DNA of 64,000 bases, from the sequence record NC_070936.1, one strand, 5' to 3'. A program made the translations under genes and the position numbers. Shown in pieces: positions 57,086 through 64,000 of the stretch. The notes beneath the pieces were generated by a model. It did no database searches and was not told the DNA's origin. It was given only the letters and a program-made list of their open reading frames with translations. Position 1 is the stretch's first letter; the number at the start of each line of letters is the position of its first letter.

Positions 57086-58645
57086 ATGTCTTCCATCCTG
57101 ACTGAACAAACCTTCACCAATGCATCTGAAACTCGCCAGATCGTAGACGAAGTAATGAACAATGCATTTGAATCTGTATGTTCTACCATGGGACCGAATG
57201 GTCGTTATGTTGTAATCAATCAGCTGAATAAACCGAAGGTCACCAAAGATGGCGTGAGTGTAGCGAAAGCTCTGGATTTCGGTGAAGCTCGTCGTAACCT
57301 GATCGCTCAGATCATCACGGAGCCGTCAATCAAAACCGATAACGAAGTTGGTGATGGCACAACTACAACTGTGTTTATGACCAACCACCTGTATCGTGCA
57401 TTTGGTTCGCGCATGACTTTCCGTAATGTTCGTTATGTTGATAGCCTGATTCAACAAGTCCATGATTATATCGGGACATTGATTATCCCTGGTAATCTTC
57501 ACAGTGAAGAATTCCGTAACATGTTGATGACTTCTTCGAACTATGAAGAAGAGATTGTCGATAAAGTTCTGGAGATCTTCAAGTCTAACCAGAATCCAAA
57601 TATCACGCTGCAAAATACTCCGGCGCTTCCTAAGGATGAGATCGAGTTCACTAAAGAAATTAAATTCGATGGTGAATATGGTCAGAACAGTTATGCTCCG
57701 GCAAGTGGCGTTACTGTGGTCCCTACCGATAAAGCATATGTGGTGGTGGTTGATGGTAATGTACGCAGTATCCCTGCAGAGTTCCTTAGTCGTATGGCCT
57801 TTAAAGCTACTCAACATGCGGTCATTCTGATTGCTCGTAACTTTGATCCATCGGCAATGGCACAGATCAATAACGAGAACCAACGACTGGGTATTATGAA
57901 GTTCATCCCATATAAGGTTGCAGCGGCAGGTTCTTTGGGTACTGATACCATGAATGACCTGGGTAAGATTCTGGGACTGAGTCCAGTATTTGAACTGGGA
58001 AGTTATGATTATGATCGTGCTGTTACCAACCAGTTCGATATGTATCTGACAACCTCTGGTCTGCAGTTCGATAAAGACAATGCTGAGATGGAAGCCATCA
58101 CTGACGAGATCTTAGAAGGTCTGGATGTTCGTTGGGAAGCGCTCTCTATCGTAGAACGTCAAACTCCTGTCGGTCTGGCATTGGCACGTCGTATTGCTCG
58201 ACTGCGTGCAAACAACATTATCCTGAAAGTAACTGGGGTAACTCCAAGTGATGCAACTGAACGTTATTATCGCTATGAAGACGTTGTTAAAGCAGCGAAG
58301 ACTGGTTTGCAGTTTGGTGTGATTCCTGGTATTGGTTATGGCTATCTGATGGCATCTAACGTCATTGCTGCCTTGCCTGAACAATCTGATGAGGAGCTTG
58401 AGATCTGTCGTAAGAACTTGATCCAGGTATTATGTGCTCAATATGAACACTTAACTGGTCATGATTATACTGGCGGAACTCCTACCTTTATCGATCTGGT
58501 AACTGGGGAAGAATCTGATACACCTATGAATGTATTTGATAATGCCGCGGCTACTATGATTGCTCTTAAAGGTGCTTGGCAAACTGCCAAGACTTTGGGC
58601 AAGATCAGTAATGTAATGGGCCGTTCTAATAAGTCTTATGCATAA
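57086..58645 (+). CDS. groEL: GroEL-like phage chaperonin
   Basis: STMGPNGR.VVI, VTKDGVSVAK, EVGDGTTTT, GVIPG.G motifs; 519 aa. Confidence 0.92.
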   Translation: MSSILTEQTFTNASETRQIVDEVMNNAFESVCSTMGPNGRYVVINQLNKPKVTKDGVSVAKALDFGEARRNLIAQIITEPSIKTDNEVGDGTTTTVFMTNHLYRAFGSRMTFRNVRYVDSLIQQVHDYIGTLIIPGNLHSEEFRNMLMTSSNYEEEIVDKVLEIFKSNQNPNITLQNTPALPKDEIEFTKEIKFDGEYGQNSYAPASGVTVVPTDKAYVVVVDGNVRSIPAEFLSRMAFKATQHAVILIARNFDPSAMAQINNENQRLGIMKFIPYKVAAAGSLGTDTMNDLGKILGLSPVFELGSYDYDRAVTNQFDMYLTTSGLQFDKDNAEMEAITDEILEGLDVRWEALSIVERQTPVGLALARRIARLRANNIILKVTGVTPSDATERYYRYEDVVKAAKTGLQFGVIPGIGYGYLMASNVIAALPEQSDEELEICRKNLIQVLCAQYEHLTGHDYTGGTPTFIDLVTGEESDTPMNVFDNAAATMIALKGAWQTAKTLGKISNVMGRSNKSYA

Positions 58646-58652
58646 CTAAGAT

Positions 58653-58678
58653 CGAGCTGAGGGTAACACCTCAGCTCG
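58653..58678 (+). terminator. intrinsic terminator
   Basis: CGAGCTGAGG-GTAACA-CCTCAGCTCG. Confidence 0.75.
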
Positions 58679-58709
58679 CTTAGACTCATTCTCCTTATTT
58701 TTTTTTCTT

Positions 58710-58955
58710 ATGAACAAATTAATTAAAGAAGAGTTAAAGAAACATTTAGAAAGTGGTGATTTCTGTGTAACCGTTTGTATTGGTGAAACGACCTTTCTAT
58801 GTTTTCCTTTATTACACTCTGTAGATATCTATAGGCTAGAAGGGAATCATCTAACCCACCATGAAAAGGAAATCAGCCCTGATCTCGATATAGATGAGAT
58901 AGAAACTTATTGCATCTATATAGAAGAACGGTGTCTAGCTGATAACAATAAGTAG
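58710..58955 (+). CDS. hypothetical protein
   Basis: 81-aa ORF; no clear RBS. Confidence 0.5.
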   Translation: MNKLIKEELKKHLESGDFCVTVCIGETTFLCFPLLHSVDIYRLEGNHLTHHEKEISPDLDIDEIETYCIYIEERCLADNNK

Positions 58956-59005
58956 GAGATTTATCTCCCCTATAGTGGCTCTTTGATTTTCAGGAAGTAT
59001 GGAAT

Positions 59006-59287
59006 ATGATACTGAAAAGAATTACCACTGCGAAGGGCGAAGGTAGAAAACAATTAGTTAATTTAGACAACATGCTTGCAATTGCCTTTATGATAATTGT
59101 TTTAACTTATGCGCTATGCATTGACTATTATGTCTTTGCCTACTTTACTATGGGTTTGGTTGTGGGTCGCGTCGGAGAAATAATTTTTGAAGTGAAGCAC
59201 AATTTATTTGATAAACCTTTTTTACATTGCCTAGTACTTTTAGGGATTCCGGTTCAGTTAGCTTGGAATCACTTTATGCATAGTTAA
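59006..59287 (+). CDS. small membrane protein
   Basis: Three hydrophobic segments; AGGA upstream. Confidence 0.6.
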   Translation: MILKRITTAKGEGRKQLVNLDNMLAIAFMIIVLTYALCIDYYVFAYFTMGLVVGRVGEIIFEVKHNLFDKPFLHCLVLLGIPVQLAWNHFMHS

Positions 59288-59303
59288 CGGAGTTAAAAAC
59301 ACA

Positions 59304-59888
59304 ATGTCCAGTTTGTACTTTTACCACAGTTCAATGAATGCGGGTAAATCAACAACATTGCTACAAGCCAACTACAACTATCATGAGCGCGGGATGAAGA
59401 CTCTTGTTCTTAAGCCAGCTATTGATACTCGTGAAGGCAAAGCTGTAATACGTTCACGTATCGGGCTTGAAGCTGAATGTGTCATGTTCGAAAAACATGA
59501 TAACCTATTCTGGGTCATCCAAAGCCTGATTGGATTAAAACCAAATCCACATTGCATTCTTATTGATGAAGCACAATTCCTAACCAAAGAGCAGGTCATT
59601 CAACTTTCAGAGATTGTTGATCAACTCGATGTTCCGGTATTGTGTTATGGGCTGCGGTCTGATTTCCAAGGGAACTTATTCCCAGGGTCGGCTGCGTTGT
59701 TTGCTTTAGCTGATAAACTCGAACGTGTCAAAACGATTTGTTGGTGTGGTAGAAGTGCTCACATGGTTTTGCGTCTTGACTCTGAAGGGAAAGTGGTACG
59801 TGAAGGTCAGCAAGTGGATGTAGGTGGGAATGATAAATACATTTCGGTTTGCCGCAAACACTTTAAGTCTGGTCAAACTCACGCTTGA
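59304..59888 (+). CDS. tdk: thymidine kinase
   Basis: SSMNAGKST, LIDEAQF, YGLRSDF, C.CG...R...G....Y.SVCR.H. Confidence 0.97.
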   Translation: MSSLYFYHSSMNAGKSTTLLQANYNYHERGMKTLVLKPAIDTREGKAVIRSRIGLEAECVMFEKHDNLFWVIQSLIGLKPNPHCILIDEAQFLTKEQVIQLSEIVDQLDVPVLCYGLRSDFQGNLFPGSAALFALADKLERVKTICWCGRSAHMVLRLDSEGKVVREGQQVDVGGNDKYISVCRKHFKSGQTHA

Positions 59889-59893
59889 TTTTA

Positions 59894-59981
59894 GTTGTAT
59901 CTTATTTCAGACATATATCATTTAAGTGAATATGAACAATAAAGTTCTTATACCTTAACTAATATAGAGAGAAATATCATG
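59894..59981 (+). repeat. promoter-leader unit, copy 2
   Basis: Near-identical to 53683-53778. Confidence 0.8.
59905..59929 (+). promoter_or_regulatory. putative phage early promoter
   Basis: TTTCAGACATATATCATTTAAGTGA. Confidence 0.6.
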
Positions 59982-60326
59982 ACTACTATCAACGAAAACA
60001 TCATCAAACAAATGGACGCCATCCTGGACAATAAAGATCTGCCTAAAGAAGGTGATTACGTTAATCGTCATCGTAACATGATCGGTGCTTTGGCTGGCGC
60101 AGCAGTTGCTGTAGGTTTGGAAGTGGTTAGTCCAACTGGTTCTAAAACTTCTGCAGTAGTTGCAGCAGCGGTAAGCCTTGGTGCTACCTATGCAGCACGC
60201 AACATCATTGAGGCAGCTCCTCAGTCTAACATTACTGCAGCAACTGTAGCTGCCGGTACTTGTTATGCAGGGATGGTTGGTGGTCGTATTGCCGCTTGTT
60301 ATTTCCCAGGTAATGTAGGCGAATAA
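59979..60326 (+). CDS. Ala/Gly-rich membrane-associated protein (glycine-zipper-like)
   Basis: IGALAGAAVAVG, AVVAAAVSLGATYAA, AGTCYAGMVGG segments. Confidence 0.7.
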   Translation: MTTINENIIKQMDAILDNKDLPKEGDYVNRHRNMIGALAGAAVAVGLEVVSPTGSKTSAVVAAAVSLGATYAARNIIEAAPQSNITAATVAAGTCYAGMVGGRIAACYFPGNVGE

Positions 60327-60333
60327 GTAAACT

Positions 60334-60355
60334 CAGGCTACCTTCGGGTAGCCTG
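60334..60355 (+). terminator. intrinsic terminator
   Basis: CAGGCTACC-TTCG-GGTAGCCTG. Confidence 0.8.
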
Positions 60356-60386
60356 TTATTCGGTTCTTATTTTTTTTGGTGAGAAT

Positions 60387-60677
60387 ATGATATCTTGTCG
60401 AAAATGCCTAGCATTAGCACTATTGTTTTCTATTGGGTTCTGTGCCATCGTTGTAGCTTGTTTGGCTAAAACACAATACTCGGCAACAGACCTTCTTATT
60501 CATTGCACCAATATTAACAAAGGAAATATACTTCCGTATCCCTCTGGTTGTGCGAGGCCCGTAGAGGTCATCGATAATGTTTTTACTTTTGTTAATGCTC
60601 AGGGTGCTTTAGAAACTTACGTTATAATAAGTAAGCGGGATGGGACATTTCAGTATTATGAAGTCAACCATTCTTGA
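60387..60677 (+). CDS. membrane-anchored hypothetical protein
   Basis: Hydrophobic N-terminus. Confidence 0.55.
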   Translation: MISCRKCLALALLFSIGFCAIVVACLAKTQYSATDLLIHCTNINKGNILPYPSGCARPVEVIDNVFTFVNAQGALETYVIISKRDGTFQYYEVNHS

Positions 60678-60763
60678 TATCCTATGAAAGTAATTGACTA
60701 AACTCTCACTTCACTATGAAGATGAGAGAATGGTTTTGTTTCATCAACATGGAATTTAAATAA

Positions 60764-61486
60764 ATGCAACAGACTCCTAGCCCTTGGCAGTACCTGCTCG
60801 ATATCGTTATCAAATCCAAACTGGCAGCTGCTGCCGCCAGCAAAGATCCTGCTTTCCGTGCACGCCAAGAAAAATACTATACCGATCTTAAAGAAGATCA
60901 GTGTGAGTTTTCTACCCCTGTACGTAAAGGCGATAATTGGTACGTTACCATCACTTGTCGTGAACGCGGTTTCCAGTTGGTAGACCTGCCTTATAAAACT
61001 GGCGCATTGTTCCCTATGGTCAAACCAATGGCCAACTATGTCCTGGAACCATCGTCTATCGCTATCAACACCATGACCGGTCTGTACTACGTCATGTCTA
61101 ACGAGCACCTGCATCTGCAAGTTCACCCTCAGTCTAATATCTGGGAAGCTCTCAAGATGACTGGTTATGAGTTTGCTCCTAAGCACTTTGTTACCAATAT
61201 GTATGAGCAGCGTAATGAAGAATTGGCAGCAGATGGTCATATCGACATTAACCATAGTGTTGTCACTGGTCGTATCTATATCTCTTATCTGCAGAAGCAA
61301 GCAGAAAAGGTAGAAGATCCTAAAACTGAAATCCCGGTAGAACCTCCGGTTGAAACTGTAGAAAAAGATCTTCCTCCAGTTGAAGAAACTGAGAAAGAAA
61401 CTGCCGGTGAAGTTGAAGAAGAAAAACAGGAAGAAGTTGCCAAGCCTGTAACTTTTAATAAACAGCAGAACTTCAAAAAGAAATAA
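60764..61486 (+). CDS. hypothetical protein, probable remote paralog of the 3375-aa N-terminal domain, with acidic tail
   Basis: YTDL.ED....PV.........RERGFQLVDL vs YDGL..ED....PV.........RKTGFFRADI. Confidence 0.7.
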   Translation: MQQTPSPWQYLLDIVIKSKLAAAAASKDPAFRARQEKYYTDLKEDQCEFSTPVRKGDNWYVTITCRERGFQLVDLPYKTGALFPMVKPMANYVLEPSSIAINTMTGLYYVMSNEHLHLQVHPQSNIWEALKMTGYEFAPKHFVTNMYEQRNEELAADGHIDINHSVVTGRIYISYLQKQAEKVEDPKTEIPVEPPVETVEKDLPPVEETEKETAGEVEEEKQEEVAKPVTFNKQQNFKKK

Positions 61487-61500
61487 TCTAAAATAATTTA

Positions 61501-61528
61501 TCTAGAGCGGGGGAAACCCTGCTCTAGA
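61501..61528 (+). terminator. intrinsic terminator
   Basis: TCTAGAGCGGGG-GAAA-CCCTGCTCTAGA. Confidence 0.8.
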
Positions 61529-61539
61529 TTTATGCTCTA

Positions 61540-61570
61540 TTTTAAAACAGATAGATATTATCATAGTGTA
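61540..61570 (+). promoter_or_regulatory. putative phage early promoter
   Basis: TTTTAAAACAGATAGATATTATCATAGTGTA. Confidence 0.6.
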
Positions 61571-61616
61571 AAGGCTTAAATATATTTTTTTACTAATCTA
61601 TAGAAGGAAATTAAAT

Positions 61617-62108
61617 ATGTTCTCTCTGATTAATGCTTGTGGATCTGATATCGAGTACGTTGAAGAATTGATCAAAGCAGTTCGAAAAGAACAACGTGAA
61701 GCCCAGTCGGCTATTCAGTATGAAACCAAATCAGTTTCTGTTAAACTGGTTCATGAATATCAAGTAACCAAAAAGCCACGTTCAGTTGCAAACATTCGTT
61801 ATAACACAGAAGAACGTTTGAGCAATGGTAAAGTGAGTTGTGATTCTTACTTGATTAAATTGGAGGAAGGTGAAACTTATAGCATGGATCCTATCAACGG
61901 TTTGATTGAAGGTATCCTTGAAGCAGTTAATAATGATATCGATATGGCGGCAATGTGCGGCTCTGTATTGGAAGCTGAGGATATCTCTGATCGAGTCCAA
62001 CGCTATATGACATCTGCTTTAGAAGGTGCTTACATCTTTGATGGTGTAAGTGTATCCACTGTGGTTGTTGCTAATCAACCATCTGAAATTATTGTAACGG
62101 TGTGTTAA
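61617..62108 (+). CDS. hypothetical protein
   Basis: TAGAAGGA RBS. Confidence 0.75.
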   Translation: MFSLINACGSDIEYVEELIKAVRKEQREAQSAIQYETKSVSVKLVHEYQVTKKPRSVANIRYNTEERLSNGKVSCDSYLIKLEEGETYSMDPINGLIEGILEAVNNDIDMAAMCGSVLEAEDISDRVQRYMTSALEGAYIFDGVSVSTVVVANQPSEIIVTVC

Positions 62109-62599
62109 TGCAAATATGGTTAAACCGAGATGGTAAACTCGTTTCAAAACCAACTGTTGCTGGTATCCCTATTCCTAAAGATAAATTACAGGAACCGGTG
62201 AATATCACTAAATTAGGTAACTTGGTTTATGTCTTACGCTTTGACGAGGAGACGGATGCTTATCTCACTATCTTCAGAAAGGACATAAGTCTAACACCAA
62301 GACTCCTTAAACTTCATGGTGTTCAACAACGTGAAGATCCTCAGAAACTCGCTGAGATCGTATTCAGTAAACTACTGTCGTTTGATAACAATCGCTTAGG
62401 TAACCGTGATCGCAATATCGCACTACCTATTGTCAGACCTCTGTGTAGTGAATTCTTCCGCGGTCATATTCAGACCCCTACAAAAATGCTGAACTATTCA
62501 GCTTATAAAACAATGCTGACCTTATTTGACCAAGATGGTAAAGGTGTGCTTCGTGTCAGCTATGTAAAACTTTCTCGTTCAATAAAGGATAGCCTGTAA
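62108..62599 (+). CDS. hypothetical protein
   Basis: TAATG coupling at both ends. Confidence 0.7.
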   Translation: MQIWLNRDGKLVSKPTVAGIPIPKDKLQEPVNITKLGNLVYVLRFDEETDAYLTIFRKDISLTPRLLKLHGVQQREDPQKLAEIVFSKLLSFDNNRLGNRDRNIALPIVRPLCSEFFRGHIQTPTKMLNYSAYKTMLTLFDQDGKGVLRVSYVKLSRSIKDSL

Positions 62600-63303
62600 T
62601 GATTGATATACTCGGTAACGCATTAAAATCTTCTTTGATGGAATGTAACAAAATCGAAAACCCTAATGACTATGCAAAAGAGTTATTAGAAACGATTAAC
62701 CGTTATAAAACCAACATGTTTAAAATGTTGGCTGTAGATACCAAACTGGTTTATGATCCTAAAGAACTGGTACAGATTCGTATCTGTGGTTCTTGGCGTA
62801 TCAGACCTGGGATGGATCGTAAACCTCAATTCCTCGAATCGTCTCCATTCATTCTTCATCTGAATGGTGTGATCCCAGCTATTGGTGAACGTAAGAACCG
62901 GGAATCTTCTTATAACTTGGGTATTGATATCAGTGATATTATTGATGTCGAGAAACTCAACATGCTTAAAACTGATTGGTATACTGGAAGCGTACAGGAA
63001 AACGAAGATGATGAAACTTCTGCTTTTGATATGCCTGGCGTCTATATGTTTGGCGATCGTCAGGCGACTGAGGTAATTGATATTACCCTTCAGTTCAGCG
63101 CTCATGTTTACCATCACGTTGTTTCTGAGTACGAACGTAAATCAGCAGAACGTATGGCTAACGACCCTAAACTGTCTAATGAAGTCCTTCGTAAACGTGC
63201 TGAGCAAAAGGAACGTGCGATGGGTTATGATTTGACTGATGTCTTTAATAAACGTGTTGGGGTAAGTAAGCCGCAATTAAGCGCTGCACAAATGCGTCGT
63301 TAA
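62599..63303 (+). CDS. hypothetical protein
   Basis: AAGGA RBS, 234 aa. Confidence 0.75.
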   Translation: MIDILGNALKSSLMECNKIENPNDYAKELLETINRYKTNMFKMLAVDTKLVYDPKELVQIRICGSWRIRPGMDRKPQFLESSPFILHLNGVIPAIGERKNRESSYNLGIDISDIIDVEKLNMLKTDWYTGSVQENEDDETSAFDMPGVYMFGDRQATEVIDITLQFSAHVYHHVVSEYERKSAERMANDPKLSNEVLRKRAEQKERAMGYDLTDVFNKRVGVSKPQLSAAQMRR

Positions 63304-63330
63304 CTTTCAGCATAGCTGATAGGAATAGAA

Positions 63331-63906
63331 ATGAAAATCATTGAACGTATCAATCAAAGAGAATTGATAAAGTTAGACTCTGCACAAGGCTTTTATAATC
63401 TCTTACCTAATCCCCAAATTAATGCAACGTTAGATTTGCACTTGGATGATTACAACAGGTATCTTGGTGTTGAAGCCACAGACAAGTGGGGAATACATCT
63501 TTATGTTAGGAAACTTTCGGTAGTTTGGTTTTATACCGATAAACGCGGTGTGTATCTGGAATACTGGTCTCCAATTGGCGGTACAGATTTCACGCTTCAC
63601 ATTCAGTGGAAAGAGTTAGGCTTGCGAGTCGAACATATTCCAGAAAGCGTTGTGGAGAACTATCTCCCAATGATTAAGAACAAAATGATGACTACATACT
63701 TCCAGTTTATCATTACCCGTGGAAGTAAATGTAGAAAAGCCATTCTTGAAGCCCTACGATCTATTGAGACAGTTGAACGTATGTGGCATATCAATAATGA
63801 GTTTTCAATCATTCAGGAAGGTGGTCTGTACCATCTATATCGGGGTCGTACTTTACGTCGTGGCTATATTCCTCTCGAAGCTATTACCCCTCATCTTTTA
63901 ACCTAA
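63331..63906 (+). CDS. hypothetical protein
   Basis: AGGA RBS, 191 aa. Confidence 0.75.
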   Translation: MKIIERINQRELIKLDSAQGFYNLLPNPQINATLDLHLDDYNRYLGVEATDKWGIHLYVRKLSVVWFYTDKRGVYLEYWSPIGGTDFTLHIQWKELGLRVEHIPESVVENYLPMIKNKMMTTYFQFIITRGSKCRKAILEALRSIETVERMWHINNEFSIIQEGGLYHLYRGRTLRRGYIPLEAITPHLLT

Positions 63907-63917
63907 CGACAAAATAC

Positions 63918-63945
63918 CCCTACCCCTCCGTAAGGAAGGGTAGGG
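63918..63945 (+). terminator. intrinsic terminator
   Basis: CCCTACCC..TCC-GTAA-GGA.GGGTAGGG. Confidence 0.7.
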
Positions 63946-64000
63946 AGTATACAATTAAATTTTTTATGGGTTTCTTGCTTTCAACTGATCTTCTAACTGT

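Noticed and set aside
320-63901. Numerous antisense and alternate-frame ORFs of 60-190 aa in the track (e.g. 516..965, 18462..18968, 34691..35266, 57326..57883, 60698..61300)
   Set aside because: Fully nested in better supported genes, no RBS, no recognisable motifs; typical shadow ORFs of biased codon use
1-64000. tRNA or rRNA genes, and alternative genetic code
   Set aside because: No cloverleaf with T-loop GTTCRA and D-loop was recognised by eye (tRNAscan-SE would be decisive); conserved enzymes translate full length in the standard code

Overview
A 64-kb segment of a lytic jumbo phage genome. By gene content it is most consistent with the phiKZ-related group on the EL/OBP side, and the enterobacterial-type NrdB and Tdk suggest a gammaproteobacterial host; both are inference, as no search was run. 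Recognisable genes: the 3' end of an NAD-dependent DNA ligase, RNase HI, a probable protease-processed head protein, a LEM-3-like GIY-YIG nuclease, two HTH proteins, class Ia NrdB, an HNH homing endonuclease, a metallophosphoesterase, ThyA, a HAD hydrolase, DHFR, a ClpP-like protease, a GroEL-like chaperonin and thymidine kinase. Dense + strand arrays of small, mostly unknown genes sit behind a repeated AT-rich promoter motif and strong hairpin terminators. They flank a 23-kb - strand block (19473-42477) that holds giant Ig-like repeat proteins (3375, 1539, 938, 722 aa), the HNH gene and nrdB. Most notable observations: (1) four consecutive repeat-protein genes whose repeat domains are split across gene boundaries, each C-terminus supplying the first strand(s) of the domain that the next gene completes, suggesting a head-to-tail strand-complemented fibre; (2) an HNH endonuclease whose reading frame ends in a second, synonymously recoded copy of the 22-residue NrdB C-terminal tail; (3) stand-alone paralogs of the giant protein's N-terminal domain; (4) a pilin-like secreted protein and a peptidoglycan-binding-like/GNAT-like fusion. 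No tRNA, rRNA or CRISPR array was recognised. All alignments were made by eye.
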